A stretch of DNA of 64,000 nt from the NCBI GenBank assembly GCA_028697455.1, contig JAQVEZ010000001.1:67902-131901 (forward strand), given 5' to 3'. Below, in pieces: positions 28,084 to 40,482 of this stretch; position 1 is the stretch's first letter, and each line of letters opens with the position of its first letter. The notes beneath the pieces are model-generated. The model worked only from the letters and a program-made list of their open reading frames with translations. It ran no database searches and was not told the DNA's origin. The position numbers were made by a program, and so were the translations under genes. The DNA is from Minisyncoccota bacterium. GTDB lineage: Bacteria; Patescibacteriota; Minisyncoccia; Phycocordibacterales; UBA1006.

Positions 28084-28506
28084 ATGGGAGATTTTAGAAA
28101 ACCATTTACCAAAAACAAAGGAGATACTGAACGAGTGATGCACAAAGCAGTTTGTGATACCTGTGGAAAGGATTGTGAAATCCCTTTTGAACCAACCAAA
28201 GGAAAGCCTGTTCTTTGTTCCGATTGTTTTAAAGCATCAGCACCACGAAAAGATTTTGGAAAGCCACGATTTGAACGTCCTTCTGGGAGACGAGATTTTG
28301 GGGAACGTCGAGAACGTCAGGAAAAGCCAGATATGTCCGAATCAGTTATGTTCCAAGTTGATAAACTTAAAAAACAAATTGATGCCTTGGAGCAGAAAAT
28401 TGATCTTATTGCTAAGGCTTTGAAGATAGCGGTACCAACCCAAAAGAAAACACTTGAAGGGCTCAAAGATACTCTTGAAAAAGCTCAGAAATCTGAAGAA
28501 GAATAA
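28084..28506 (+). CDS. CxxC-x17-CxxC zinc-ribbon protein
   Basis: MHKAVCDTCGKDCEIPFEPTKGKPVLCSDCF plus coiled-coil tail. Confidence 0.85.
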   Translation: MGDFRKPFTKNKGDTERVMHKAVCDTCGKDCEIPFEPTKGKPVLCSDCFKASAPRKDFGKPRFERPSGRRDFGERRERQEKPDMSESVMFQVDKLKKQIDALEQKIDLIAKALKIAVPTQKKTLEGLKDTLEKAQKSEEE

Positions 28507-28515
28507 AAAACCAAA

Positions 28516-29082
28516 CTAAAGAAGTTGGTTTTTTATTTGTTGTATCATTTTGAGATTTTCTTCAGAAATAATTATTGGGATGAAACGTTCTTTCTCTTTG
28601 TCCGAGAGACGGAATAGTTTATCAATACTCCAAGATTCAAAGCCTAGAGACTTCCCTTCTTCTACTTTAAGATCATTAATATCTCCTTTGTAGAGATAAG
28701 CATAGTAAGTACGAAAGACATTGTTTGTCATTCCTGTCGTTTCATCGAAGCTTTCACTCCTGGTTTTTTTGACGAAAACAAGGTCATTTATGTGGAGATT
28801 AAGCCCTGTTTCTTCCCTACATTCCTTTATCGCTGTTTCGGCGTAGCTCATTCCTGGCTCAACATGACCTCCTACGGTAGCATCAAGTTTGTCGGGTCGA
28901 GCTTCTTTGTTTTTTGCCCTGTGTTGGAAAATAATTTCTTCATGGGGAGTGAGAAAGTAGATATGAACTTCTCTATGGAGAAGCCCCTTTTGATGGATTA
29001 TTCCTCGTTTTTCTAACCTAACGACAAAGTCATTCTCATCAACAACTTCTAACAGAGCTTCATTTTTTCTTATTTCTGCCAT
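28516..29082 (-). CDS. NUDIX hydrolase (IPP-isomerase-like)
   Basis: VVDE.D, GLLHR, GGHVEPG..Y...A.KECREETG. Confidence 0.85.
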   Translation of the reverse strand: MAEIRKNEALLEVVDENDFVVRLEKRGIIHQKGLLHREVHIYFLTPHEEIIFQHRAKNKEARPDKLDATVGGHVEPGMSYAETAIKECREETGLNLHINDLVFVKKTRSESFDETTGMTNNVFRTYYAYLYKGDINDLKVEEGKSLGFESWSIDKLFRLSDKEKERFIPIIISEENLKMIQQIKNQLL

Positions 29083-29133
29083 AAAAATATGATATATCAA
29101 GATAATAAAAAAAGAAACACTTTTTGTTTCTTT

Positions 29134-29826
29134 TTATTTTAAGAGATATCGTAATGTTGATACTACTCGTACGTTCTTGAATTCTGGTGAACCAGGATCT
29201 TTGTCAGTAATAGTAAAGACTCCTTGATTCGCTCGTGCAATAGATCCAACTGAAACGCCTGAATCCCGTGCGAATTCTTCGGCAGAAGATCGAGCATTTG
29301 CAATTGCTTCGGCAAGCATTTCTGATTTAATATTGTTGATATCAGAATATTCAAATTGAATATACGAATCAGTCATAATAACTCCTTTCTTAATCAATTC
29401 GAGAGTGTTTTGTGACGTTTGTTTTACAAGGTCTACCTTATCAGTGTACACAGACATCGAAATATGTGCGTTATAACGATACAGCGAACTCTGATAAGTA
29501 TCTTGATAGGTTTGAACGGGAGCAGTACTAATTTCGTCTTCAGTAAATCCTGCTTTTAGAAGAAAATTTTTAACCTCACCTATATAAGTATTGATCTGGC
29601 TAAAAAGATCTTCGCTGTTGTTTGATTTTACCTCAAAGTTAATCGGCCAGATTGCCCGGTCAGATTTTACAATTCTTTCTGAGAGTCCCTTTACTTCAAC
29701 ATATTTCCCTTGATTAGAAAATCCCTTCGCTGCTGCAAGAAATATCAGCGCACAAACAAGAATTGTTACCGAAATAATAATAATAAAAACTTTTTTACCA
29801 CCTTTTTTTGTTATTGTGTTTTCCAT
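29134..29826 (-). CDS. SIMPL/DUF541 domain protein
   Basis: VEVKGLSER.V.SD.A.W, A..NAR..AEEFA.DSG, ANQGVF.I, VRVVST..Y. Confidence 0.85.
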   Translation of the reverse strand: MENTITKKGGKKVFIIIISVTILVCALIFLAAAKGFSNQGKYVEVKGLSERIVKSDRAIWPINFEVKSNNSEDLFSQINTYIGEVKNFLLKAGFTEDEISTAPVQTYQDTYQSSLYRYNAHISMSVYTDKVDLVKQTSQNTLELIKKGVIMTDSYIQFEYSDINNIKSEMLAEAIANARSSAEEFARDSGVSVGSIARANQGVFTITDKDPGSPEFKNVRVVSTLRYLLK

Positions 29827-29882
29827 ACTTTATCATTTTAACATTTCATCAAAACAAAAACAATTCTAAAGAGAATTGTTTT

Positions 29883-30329
29883 TTATCTTCTGTATTTCTT
29901 TCTCCTCCATTTATCAGCAATTTTTACTCGTGTGAGTGAACGTTCAAGATCTGTCTGAAAATGTTCAAAGTCAACAATATCCTTATTTTCTGCTGCAATA
30001 CGAAGCTCTTCTGCCCGCTTTTGAGCTTTTGCTATTTCTTCATCTGAGATATCGGCAACATGTTCGGCAAAATCAGCAAGAACAACAACAATGGTGTTTC
30101 CGTTTTCTTGTTTTACTTCAAGGAACCCCCCAACAACAGCAATGGGAACGTATTCTCCCTGAGTCATGGCAACAATATCTCCGTGAGCCAAAACAGCAAT
30201 AAGTGGAATGTGATTCGGAAGAATGGTAAGCTCCCCTTCCGTGGTAGCAACCGTAACAAAATCAACTACTTCTTGGAGAATTAGTTTCTCTGGGGTAACA
30301 ATGTTAAGTTGTAGTTGTTTTGTTGACAT
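29883..30329 (-). CDS. atpC: ATP synthase F1 epsilon subunit
   Basis: IVTPEK, GELTILPNHIP, GGFLEV; operon position. Confidence 0.93.
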   Translation of the reverse strand: MSTKQLQLNIVTPEKLILQEVVDFVTVATTEGELTILPNHIPLIAVLAHGDIVAMTQGEYVPIAVVGGFLEVKQENGNTIVVVLADFAEHVADISDEEIAKAQKRAEELRIAAENKDIVDFEHFQTDLERSLTRVKIADKWRRKKYRR

Positions 30330-30368
30330 AGATAATGAGGTTTTGTAGTGGTGAAGTCAGAAAAAGAT

Positions 30369-31733
<1,365 letters not shown>

Positions 31734-31743
31734 TTAATTACGA

Positions 31744-32661
31744 TTAATTGAGTGATGCCATTCCGGCACTAATTTCTGAAATTTCTTGAGTGATAGAAGC
31801 TTGACGCGCCTTATTAAAGACAAGTGTCAAATCGTCAATCATCTCTCCTGCAGCGTCAGATGCGTTTTTCATTGCCATCATTCTTGCTGATTGTTCAGAG
31901 GCAGAGGATTCGAGGACCATTTGATAAATTTGCATTCTGACAAGTTTTTCTGCAAGTACTTCGATAAGAGAATTCATATCTCCTTCAAAGCTATAACGAG
32001 CATAATCTTTTTGAGAATTTGTTGACCCCTTACTTTCTTTTTGAATTTTTGAAAGTTCTTCTTTTTGGATGGGGAGAAGTTTCTTAATTTGAGCTTTCTG
32101 CGAAAGAGCTGACACAAAATCAGTATACGCAATATAAACCTCAGTATATTTACCAGATTTATATTTTTCGGTAATAAACTGTGAAAGCGAAGAAATATCT
32201 CGCAAACCAACGATATCAGGCATTTCAGTAAAGGAGAGGATTACTTCTTGTCCAACATGACGCATAGCTGAATCCCCTTTTTTTCCAACACTGACAATTT
32301 CAATATTACTTTCTCCCGAGAGTTCTTTGATCTTTGTAAGGGTTTTTTGTACTACTTGAGTATTATATGATCCACAAAGACCTCGGTTCGAACTTACTAA
32401 GACAATGAGTGTGTTGTTTTTTTGACCTGTTTTATTTTCTTTTGGTTTCTTTTGTTCAAAAAATGGATGGGCAATCTCATCAATTCGATGAGCAACAGAA
32501 GTTAAAAGCTCCCACGAATATTCAGCGTAGAGTCGGGATGACAAAGTCTGAGAAACAGCACGCTTCATTTTTGAAGCCGCAACCATTTCCATGGCTTTGG
32601 TGATTTTTTTGGTGTTCTTAACACTTTTAATTCTTCTTTTAATTTCTTTTGTTCCAGTCAT
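31744..32661 (-). CDS. atpG: ATP synthase F1 gamma subunit
   Basis: KITKAMEMVAASK, RGLCGSYN, NKARQASITQEI. Confidence 0.97.
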   Translation of the reverse strand: MTGTKEIKRRIKSVKNTKKITKAMEMVAASKMKRAVSQTLSSRLYAEYSWELLTSVAHRIDEIAHPFFEQKKPKENKTGQKNNTLIVLVSSNRGLCGSYNTQVVQKTLTKIKELSGESNIEIVSVGKKGDSAMRHVGQEVILSFTEMPDIVGLRDISSLSQFITEKYKSGKYTEVYIAYTDFVSALSQKAQIKKLLPIQKEELSKIQKESKGSTNSQKDYARYSFEGDMNSLIEVLAEKLVRMQIYQMVLESSASEQSARMMAMKNASDAAGEMIDDLTLVFNKARQASITQEISEISAGMASLN

Positions 32662-32691
32662 ATTTTTTAGAAAAGTAACCTTTGTTACTCT

Positions 32692-34194
32692 TTAGGATTG
32701 TACAAATCCTTCTTTGAAGTCAGCAATGGCTTTGATAAGCTCTGCTTCACCTTCATCAGTCCACATTTTTGTGGTGTTTACCTCTTCGTAAAACTTCTTT
32801 GCATTTTGCTCGGTGTAATCAAGAAGTCCTTCCTCAAAAGCTTTGATATTTTCAAGAGGAACATCATCAATAAATCCTCGAGTGAGAGCAAAGAGTATTA
32901 CAACCTGGTGGATAGTTTTAATTGGAGCGTATTGTGGTTGTTTTAAGAGCTCCACAGCTCTTCGTCCACGTTCAAGTTGTTTCTTGGTAGCATCATCAAG
33001 ATCTGATCCAAATTGAGAGAATGCTTCAAGCTCTCTAAATTGAGCAAGGTCGAGTTTTAATGTCCCAGCAACTTTCTTCATCGCTTTGATTTGAGCTGAG
33101 GAACCTACTCGAGAAACAGATATTCCAACGTTAATGGCAGGACGAATCCCTTTATAAAAGAGATCACTTTCAAGAAAGATCTGCCCATCAGTAATCGAAA
33201 TTACGTTGGTAGGAATATACGCTGAGACATCTCCTGCTTGAGTTTCGATAATAGGAAGAGCGGTGATTGATCCCCCTCCATGCTGTTCGTTTCTTCGACA
33301 TGATCTTTCAAGCAATCGTGAGTGAAGATAAAAAATATCTCCTGGATAAGCTTCACGTCCTGGAGGACGACGAAGGAGAAGTGAGATCTCACGGTACGCA
33401 ACAGCGTGTTTTGAGAGGTCATCAAAAACAATCAAAACATCTTTTCCCTGATCCATAAAGTATTCAGCAATTGCCATCCCACTGTAAGGAGCGATATAAG
33501 AAAGCGCTGCAGGTTCTGAAGATCCTGCGGAAACAATAATGGTATAATCCATGGCTCCACCTTCTTCAAGTCGTGATTGAAGTTTTCGTAATTTTGAATC
33601 TTTTTGCCCGATGGACACATATACACAGATCATGTTTTCTCCTTTTTGATTCAAGATAGTATCGATAGCAATAGCGGTCTTCCCTGTTTGTCGATCCCCG
33701 ATAATGAGCTCTCGCTGACCTCGTCCAACAGGAATAAGAGAATCAATTGCCTTGATTCCTGTTTGAACCGGTTGATCAACAGATTGACGCGAAATAACCC
33801 CAGAAGCAACTCGTTCAATTGGGTAGTGTGTTTTAGGGTTTAGAGGTGCCTTTTGATCAATGGGCATTCCGAGAGCATTTACGACACGACCAATAGTTTC
33901 ATCACCAACAGGAATCTCCAAGATTCGCCCTGTGGTATGCACCTCATCACCTGCTTTGATATTTGAAAAATCACCAAGAATAACAACCCCAACCGTATCT
34001 TCATCAAGGTTTAAAGCTACTCCTATTTCTCCTCCTGGAAAAGTTACCATCTCTGAGGCCTTGATATCTGAAAGTCCAGAAACACGAGCAATACCATCAA
34101 AAACCTCAAGTACTGATCCTGTCTTTTCTGCCCTCATTTCTATTTGGAAATTTGCTATTTGGTTTTTTAGTTTTTCGATAATGTGATTACTCAT
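32692..34194 (-). CDS. atpA: ATP synthase F1 alpha subunit
   Basis: [25 protein letters not shown]. Confidence 0.98.
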   Translation of the reverse strand: MSNHIIEKLKNQIANFQIEMRAEKTGSVLEVFDGIARVSGLSDIKASEMVTFPGGEIGVALNLDEDTVGVVILGDFSNIKAGDEVHTTGRILEIPVGDETIGRVVNALGMPIDQKAPLNPKTHYPIERVASGVISRQSVDQPVQTGIKAIDSLIPVGRGQRELIIGDRQTGKTAIAIDTILNQKGENMICVYVSIGQKDSKLRKLQSRLEEGGAMDYTIIVSAGSSEPAALSYIAPYSGMAIAEYFMDQGKDVLIVFDDLSKHAVAYREISLLLRRPPGREAYPGDIFYLHSRLLERSCRRNEQHGGGSITALPIIETQAGDVSAYIPTNVISITDGQIFLESDLFYKGIRPAINVGISVSRVGSSAQIKAMKKVAGTLKLDLAQFRELEAFSQFGSDLDDATKKQLERGRRAVELLKQPQYAPIKTIHQVVILFALTRGFIDDVPLENIKAFEEGLLDYTEQNAKKFYEEVNTTKMWTDEGEAELIKAIADFKEGFVQS

Positions 34195-34195
34195 A

Positions 34196-34603
34196 TTAAT
34201 TTTTTATTAAATAATCGTGTAATTTTTGGATCTTATTCTTAAGTGAGATATCAATAACCTCATCTCCAACTTCAATCCTTAATCCTCCAAGAATTTCTGA
34301 TGAAATTATCTCTTCCAAGACAACCTCTTTGGTTTGATATTTTTCTTTGAGTGCTTTTGAAAGATCTTTGCGTGTTGACGGCTTGAGTGCCTGATGACTA
34401 ATAACCTTTACCCGTGTAATTCCTTCATTATCATCTATAAGTTTTTGAATCTTTGAAAGAATGATGTCAGATTGAGAAAGAAGTTTGTGTTCTCTAAGAA
34501 GCTTTACCGAACGAATAACACACTCATCAAGTTCCTTTCCAGTCTTCCCTTTTGTAGAAGCATAAATTGCCTCGGCAATATCGTTGTTGCTGATAGTCGT
34601 CAT
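34196..34603 (-). CDS. atpH: ATP synthase F1 delta subunit (short)
   Basis: [18 protein letters not shown]; operon position. Confidence 0.88.
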   Translation of the reverse strand: MTTISNNDIAEAIYASTKGKTGKELDECVIRSVKLLREHKLLSQSDIILSKIQKLIDDNEGITRVKVISHQALKPSTRKDLSKALKEKYQTKEVVLEEIISSEILGGLRIEVGDEVIDISLKNKIQKLHDYLIKN

Positions 34604-34609
34604 AGTCCG

Positions 34610-35101
34610 TTAAATAGTTTTAATTACCCCAGCTACTTTTTCTTCGATGTTCGAAGTATCTTCCGTTTCAAGTATCTTTTGGGTTGCTTGAATGACCAAG
34701 CTTGCTACTTCTTTTTTGGCATCAAGAAGCATTTTTTCTTTTTCGGTTTCGAGGGCTTTTTTCCCACTAGCAATCATTTCTTCGACTTCAGTTGCTGTTT
34801 GAGATAAAAGTTCATTTCGTTTCTCTTCTGCTTCTTTTTTTCCTTCGTTAAAGATAATGAGAGCTTTTGCACGAGCTTCTCTCAGTGCCTTATCGTATTC
34901 AGTCGTTGTTGCTTTGAGGATTTCAGCATTTGCTTCTGCATCGTGAATTCCACGTGCTATTTTTGATGAGCGTTCTGACATTAATTTTTTTAATGGCTTC
35001 AAGGCAAAAACATAGACAACAAGAATAACAACTCCAAAGTTTATGAGCTGTGCAATGATGATCTTCCAGTCAATATGAAAAGTTGAAATAAGGGATTCCA
35101 T
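34610..35101 (-). CDS. atpF: ATP synthase Fo b subunit
   Basis: IDWK.IIAQLINF, KPL...M.ER, coiled coil. Confidence 0.93.
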   Translation of the reverse strand: MESLISTFHIDWKIIIAQLINFGVVILVVYVFALKPLKKLMSERSSKIARGIHDAEANAEILKATTTEYDKALREARAKALIIFNEGKKEAEEKRNELLSQTATEVEEMIASGKKALETEKEKMLLDAKKEVASLVIQATQKILETEDTSNIEEKVAGVIKTI

Positions 35102-35205
35102 AAAAATGCAGAATAATAAATAAAAATAAAATAAATAGTTAAGTGATTAACTCCTCGCTCCTGTTGCCGAGAACATCTCGTGCAACAGATGCTAGGAATC
35201 AAGTC

Positions 35206-35427
<222 letters not shown>

Positions 35428-35436
35428 TTAAAATAA

Positions 35437-36378
35437 TTAGTTAATAACAACACCACGATCATTGTGATGTGGGGATACCTTAGAATGACGTTCCTCTTCT
35501 TCGTGTTCATCGTGGTCTTGGGCTGCAATCGTAAAGTATACGAGGACTAGTATAGAGAAAATAAACGCTTGAATCAAGCCCACGAATATCTCAAGGAAGA
35601 TAAAAGGTACCGGAAGAATATAAGTAAAAATAGCGGCCATAGCCAAAAGGAGAACTTCTCCCGCAAAAACATTTCCAAAAAGTCGAAATGAAAGTGAGGC
35701 TACTTTGGCAAATTCACTAATAATCTCCAAAACCCCGACGAAGAACGAAACAGGAGCTACTACCAACACGGTTGGGTCTTTTCGAATATTCTTTGCCGCA
35801 TGAACAAAAGTCTGAAGATTAATATACTTGTTAAAAGCTTTCCATATTCCAACCGAAAGAATCCCAAAAACATTAGCAGCAATAACGGAAAGAATTGCAA
35901 GAGCAAGAGTTGTGTTAATATCGGCAGTTCCACTACGCAAGAATGGAATAAATGATGAAACACCACTCTCCTGATGGATAACCCCAAATCCCCCAAAAGG
36001 AAGAATTCCTAACCAATTGTTAATAAGAATAAAGAGAAAAATTGAGAACACTAAGGGAAAAGCTTTTTCTGACACTGAACGGTCATTCGTTACTTGATCA
36101 GAAAGTGAAAGTGCTCCATCAATAATATATTCAAAGAAGTTTTGTATTCCACGAGGAATTTCTTTGAGTCGAGTACGAAGAATCGCAACAAAGACAATGA
36201 TTATCACAACAGTAGCCCATGCAGTTATCAGAGCATTAGTTACTGGAAAATTTCCAATAGCAGTAACTGGTTCGGCGTGAAGAGTGATTTCATGGGATAT
36301 TTCTTGGTTTTCCAAAGATTCTAATGCTATTACATCATCGATTACCTCATCGACTATTTCATTATGTTCTGGTGTCAT
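35437..36378 (-). CDS. atpB: ATP synthase Fo a subunit
   Basis: NNWLGILP, TADIN, SLSFRLFGNVFAGE, IQAFIF. Confidence 0.95.
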   Translation of the reverse strand: MTPEHNEIVDEVIDDVIALESLENQEISHEITLHAEPVTAIGNFPVTNALITAWATVVIIIVFVAILRTRLKEIPRGIQNFFEYIIDGALSLSDQVTNDRSVSEKAFPLVFSIFLFILINNWLGILPFGGFGVIHQESGVSSFIPFLRSGTADINTTLALAILSVIAANVFGILSVGIWKAFNKYINLQTFVHAAKNIRKDPTVLVVAPVSFFVGVLEIISEFAKVASLSFRLFGNVFAGEVLLLAMAAIFTYILPVPFIFLEIFVGLIQAFIFSILVLVYFTIAAQDHDEHEEEERHSKVSPHHNDRGVVIN

Positions 36379-36442
36379 CGTTAGTAAAAATAAAAAAGTA
36401 TTGCTCTAAAAACAATAAAATTTTTCAAAAAGAAAAATTTTG

Positions 36443-36516
36443 TGCGCATGCCAAGACTTGAACTTGGGACCTCGTCATTATCAGTGACGCGCTCTAACCA
36501 CCTGAGCTACACGCGC
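36443..36516 (-). tRNA. tRNA-Ile(GAT)
   Basis: CGTCA-CT-GAT-AA-TGACG anticodon arm; full cloverleaf. Confidence 0.96.
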
Positions 36517-36653
36517 ATAACTGAAATAGTATAACAGAAAAAGACATTTTGCAAAGAGACGAGAACCCTCTACTCAAATTTATTAATAGCGAATTTAAAG
36601 AATCATCATGAATTTATTAAAAATAAAACAAAATACCATTTTGGGTACTTCTG

Positions 36654-36727
36654 TGCTCAGGGGCAGACTCGAACTGCCGACATCTTGCTCTTCAGGCAAG
36701 CGCTCTAACCAACTGAGCTACCTGAGC
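36654..36727 (-). tRNA. tRNA-Phe(GAA)
   Basis: CTTGC-CT-GAA-GA-GCAAG anticodon arm; full cloverleaf. Confidence 0.96.
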
Positions 36728-36738
36728 ATTATAAGAAA

Positions 36739-37056
36739 CTATCTATTCACAAGATTCTGAAAGATATTTGCCAAATCATTTCCCTCTTGAATCGTCGGTA
36801 TTTGGTTTGCTGTTCCTATTGTTTCTCCAATTCCTTGGTAAAGGTTCATGAGATTCTTAAGGTATGGGATGGAGATGATAGAGGTTCCCACCAAAAAAGC
36901 TACGATAAGAAGATAGTAGAATCCCTTTATTAGGGTATTTCTTCTAAGGTTTGTATGAATCTTTTTTAATAATTCATTGTTTTCTTTGAGAAGAGCTGAA
37001 TTCTTCTCTAGAAGAAATCGATGTTCTTCAGAAGACTTTGAATGATCTTGATTCAT
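36739..37056 (-). CDS. Hypothetical membrane protein
   Basis: LL.ENN.LL.KI coiled coil followed by one TM. Confidence 0.7.
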   Translation of the reverse strand: MNQDHSKSSEEHRFLLEKNSALLKENNELLKKIHTNLRRNTLIKGFYYLLIVAFLVGTSIISIPYLKNLMNLYQGIGETIGTANQIPTIQEGNDLANIFQNLVNR

Positions 37057-37105
37057 ACGATGGAAAGTATAACACAAGACGCTCGAGAATCAAACGATTG
37101 CTGTG

Positions 37106-37178
37106 TGTCCTCACCAAGACTTGAACTTGGATCTAGAACTTAGGAGGTTCTTGTTCTTTCCCGTTGAACTATGAGGAC
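37106..37178 (-). tRNA. tRNA-Arg(CCT)
   Basis: GTCCTCA/TGAGGAC acceptor; AGAAC-CT-CCT-AA-GTTCT anticodon arm. Confidence 0.95.
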
Positions 37179-37231
37179 AGTATTCATAAATATACTCATT
37201 AATGGGAAAAATAAAAACCCCTTGAGGGTTT

Positions 37232-37468
37232 TTATTTTAATTCAAGCAAGTCTCGAAGTTTTCCTTCGTTGAAACCAACAACGAGATCACCATTAATCTC
37301 GATAACAGGAACTCCCATTTGACCAGTTTTTTCAACCATTTCTGCTCTTTTATCAGCATCTTCAGCAACATTGTAATCAGTATAAGTAATGTTGTTTTCT
37401 TGGAAGAAGTCTTTTGCCATGTGGCAAAAATGACAGGTAGGGGTTGAGTAAATTGTTACATCCTTCAT
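37232..37468 (-). CDS. Glutaredoxin-like (NrdH-redoxin) protein
   Basis: YSTPTCHFC, GQMGVPVI, VGFN. Confidence 0.9.
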   Translation of the reverse strand: MKDVTIYSTPTCHFCHMAKDFFQENNITYTDYNVAEDADKRAEMVEKTGQMGVPVIEINGDLVVGFNEGKLRDLLELK

Positions 37469-37533
37469 ATTTTTATAGGTGTTTTAATTTCTAATAATAT
37501 ATTAATAATAGCAGGTATTTGATTTTTATCAAT

Positions 37534-37836
37534 TTATTCTATGATTTTGATGACTTTTTCATAGGGATTACTAACAACCCCTTTTTTCTTGAGTTCGTAC
37601 TCTTTTCCTTGGTCTGTTTCAAGGTAATCTATTTTGTTTTGGAGCTCTTCTTCTTTTTTTTCAAGGTCACGATACTTGTTTTCGTAATATTCCTTTTCTT
37701 CTTTTGCAATGGAATATTTTTTGATCAGCCCTAGTACACCCTTAATACTTAACAAGAGAAAAACCAATAATAACCCAATCACGAAGGGGCTATTAAAAAA
37801 GTTTGTATGATTTTTCCTTGTCTGAATGGTTTTCAT
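37534..37836 (-). CDS. Septum formation initiator (FtsB/DivIC-like)
   Basis: One TM, coiled coil, L.T..G.E.ELK....V..P.EKVI.I. Confidence 0.75.
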   Translation of the reverse strand: MKTIQTRKNHTNFFNSPFVIGLLLVFLLLSIKGVLGLIKKYSIAKEEKEYYENKYRDLEKKEEELQNKIDYLETDQGKEYELKKKGVVSNPYEKVIKIIE

Positions 37837-37856
37837 AATATATACTTATCTTCAAT

Positions 37857-37967
37857 ATGAATGTATTTAGTAAAAAGGCAAGAAAGAGAGTAAAAATCTT
37901 TATGATTGTTATTGGACTCTTTGTTTCTCTCAGCATGGTCTTGATGTACTCAGGATTCTTTGGATAA
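37857..37967 (+). CDS. Small membrane protein (36 aa, MNVFSKKARKRVKIFMIVIGLFVSLSMVLMYSGFFG)
   Basis: TATACT upstream; basic N-terminus plus TM; terminator immediately after the stop. Confidence 0.65.
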   Translation: MNVFSKKARKRVKIFMIVIGLFVSLSMVLMYSGFFG

Positions 37968-37983
37968 AACCCTTAATGGGTTT

Positions 37984-39777
37984 TTATTTTTTCATCATTT
38001 TTAAGAAAACGTCTTGACTTATATGGACTTTTCCAAGTTCTGCCATTTTTTTCTTTCCTTTCTTTTGTTTTTCTCTGAGTTTCATCTTTCTTGTGATATC
38101 TCCTCCATAGAGTTTTGCCGTAACATCTTTTTTCATGGCAGAAAGACGTTCAGAGGCAATGATTTTTCCATCAACACGAGCCTGGATTTTGAGGGCAAAC
38201 ATCTGCCGAGGTAAGATTTTTGCAAGTTTCTCAACGGTCGTTTTAGCTTCTTCTTGTTTTCGTCGTGAAGCAACAATTCGAGAAAATGCAGGAACGGGTT
38301 CATCAGCAATGAGGACATCCATACGAGTTACATCTGCCGTGTGCATCTCTTTGATCTCATAAGACACCGAAGCATAACCAGAAGAAACCGATTTGAGGTC
38401 ATCGAAGAAATTTCTCATGAGTTCTCGTAAGGGCATCTGTACAAGAAGCTGGGTTCTCCCATCTCCAAAGTTTGTTGTTTCTTTCGTTTCTCCTTCATGC
38501 TCATAGAGAAGCCCCATAACGTTTCCAAGATACTCTCCTGGGCTAATAATTTTCATCTCAACCCAAGGCTCCTCTATGAGGGCAACGTCCCCATGATCAG
38601 GAAACTGGGAGGCTGAATAGACCGTGATGATTTCTCCATCCTTTTTCATTACTTGGTAAGTAACACTTGGTGACGTTACCACGAGTTCAAGTTGAAACTC
38701 TCTTTTGAGTCGTTCTGAGATAATTTCAAGATGTAACATCCCTAAACACCCAATACGAAAACCTCTCCCTAGTGAACCAGAAACTTCCTCCTCAAAAGAA
38801 AGTGATGAATCTGAGAGTTGGAGTTTGCCTAGAGAAATTTTGAGAAGTTCAAAATCGTCAGCGGATTCTGGGTAGACTGACGCCCATACAACAGGAGAAG
38901 GGTTTTGATATCCTGGTAAGCCCTCAAGAGGGTCTTTGAGAAGAGTCAAAGTATCCCCCACCTGAGCAACTCGTGCTTCTTTAATCCCTGTGACAACATA
39001 ACCGATTTCTCCTGCTTTTAATACCCCGGTTTCTTCAGCTTTTGGTTTAAAAACCCCAACCTCAAGAGCAAAGAATTTTCTTCCTGAGGCACGGAAAAAA
39101 AGTTGGTCTCCTTTTTTTATTTCTCCGTCAAAAACTCTGACGTAAACAATAACTCCCTTGTGATCAGAATATTCAAAATCAAAGACAAGTGAACGCGAAC
39201 TTTTTGATTCTTCAATAATTTCTTTTGGAGCTGAAATTTGTTTTATTATTGTTTGTATAAGGTTCTCTACCCCTTCTCCTGTTTTTCCTGATACAAGAAG
39301 GATGTCATCTTCGTCAACGTCGAGAAGGTTGATAACTTCACTTTTTACCTCGTCAACTCGAGCTAAGGGAGAATCAATTTTTGAAAGCACTGGAATAATT
39401 TTTATTCCAGCTTCTTTTGCCATTTCTAGAGTAGTAAAGGTCTGAGCTTGGATTCCTTGGGTAGCGTCAATCAACAATAAGGACCCCTCAACCGCCTTGA
39501 GAGCTCTTGAAACTTCATATGAAAAATCAATATGTCCAGGAGTATCGATAAGGTTTAAAATAAAATCCTTTCCTTCGTATGGGTAGCGCATACGTACTGG
39601 TTGCATCTTGATAGTAATTCCACGCTCTTGCTCTAATTCCATTTTATCAAGTACCTGGCTTTTCATTTTTCGCTCAGGGATCGTTTTGGTTAATTCAATC
39701 ATACGATCAGCAAGTGTTGATTTTCCGTGATCGATGTGAGCAATGATTGAGAAATTTCGAATATGGGAGAGATTCAT
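37984..39777 (-). CDS. lepA: Elongation factor 4
   Basis: RNFSIIAHIDHGKSTLADR, DTPGH, K.YGGDITRK.KL.EKQKKGKK. Confidence 0.97.
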   Translation of the reverse strand: MNLSHIRNFSIIAHIDHGKSTLADRMIELTKTIPERKMKSQVLDKMELEQERGITIKMQPVRMRYPYEGKDFILNLIDTPGHIDFSYEVSRALKAVEGSLLLIDATQGIQAQTFTTLEMAKEAGIKIIPVLSKIDSPLARVDEVKSEVINLLDVDEDDILLVSGKTGEGVENLIQTIIKQISAPKEIIEESKSSRSLVFDFEYSDHKGVIVYVRVFDGEIKKGDQLFFRASGRKFFALEVGVFKPKAEETGVLKAGEIGYVVTGIKEARVAQVGDTLTLLKDPLEGLPGYQNPSPVVWASVYPESADDFELLKISLGKLQLSDSSLSFEEEVSGSLGRGFRIGCLGMLHLEIISERLKREFQLELVVTSPSVTYQVMKKDGEIITVYSASQFPDHGDVALIEEPWVEMKIISPGEYLGNVMGLLYEHEGETKETTNFGDGRTQLLVQMPLRELMRNFFDDLKSVSSGYASVSYEIKEMHTADVTRMDVLIADEPVPAFSRIVASRRKQEEAKTTVEKLAKILPRQMFALKIQARVDGKIIASERLSAMKKDVTAKLYGGDITRKMKLREKQKKGKKKMAELGKVHISQDVFLKMMKK

Positions 39778-39871
39778 AGGGACATTTTAACAGAAGAATA
39801 TTTTTAAGAAAGAATTTATATAGCAAAAAATATCTTTACTTTATTTAGATATTATGTATAATATAAAAACT

Positions 39872-40453
39872 ATGAATTGGTTAGTAAACAAAGTAATTAT
39901 TTTAAGCCCATTGGCTCTTATTGTTATTATTCTTATCGCAGTAGCTATTGGATGGACCGTATATGCCTTACGTGGGTATCGGTACTGGCTTAATCGGTTT
40001 CAACGGTACCCTTATGGGATGACTCGAGCAAAAAGGCGGTCCCCACGAATAAGAAATCGATATTATTATCAAAACGTCGAATTTCCTCAGTACCCAGCTG
40101 TTCAAGTACCCTTGGCTCCTCAAAAAAGGGCTCCCCTTTCCTCAAAGAAAGCTCCATCTTTTAACAACGAAGGAACTCATTATCAAGGTCCAAGTGACGT
40201 ATCAAAAAAAGATGATCTTCAGGTTATCGAAGGAGTTGGTCCACGTATTGAAGAAGTTCTTAATAATAATGGAATCCATACCTGGAGAGAACTTTCTCAA
40301 ACCCCTGAAAAAGATCTGAAGCTTATCTTAGAAAAATCAGGGCTTGGAAGTCATGATCCAAAAACATGGCCCAAACAAGCTCACATGGCAGATAATGCTT
40401 ATTGGGATGAATTAAAAGAATATCAGGATATCCTCTTCGGAGGACGTGAATAA
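39872..40453 (+). CDS. Membrane-anchored helix-hairpin-helix (DUF4332-like) protein
   Basis: DDLQVIEGVGPRIEEVLN..GI.TW..L...HDP.TWP.QA. Confidence 0.8.
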   Translation: MNWLVNKVIILSPLALIVIILIAVAIGWTVYALRGYRYWLNRFQRYPYGMTRAKRRSPRIRNRYYYQNVEFPQYPAVQVPLAPQKRAPLSSKKAPSFNNEGTHYQGPSDVSKKDDLQVIEGVGPRIEEVLNNNGIHTWRELSQTPEKDLKLILEKSGLGSHDPKTWPKQAHMADNAYWDELKEYQDILFGGRE

Positions 40454-40482
40454 TAAAAACCCGTTAAGGGTTTTTATTATTA

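Noticed and set aside
35150-35200. Hairpin between atpE and atpF as a novel ncRNA
   Set aside because: More simply an mRNA stability or attenuation hairpin favouring excess c subunit.
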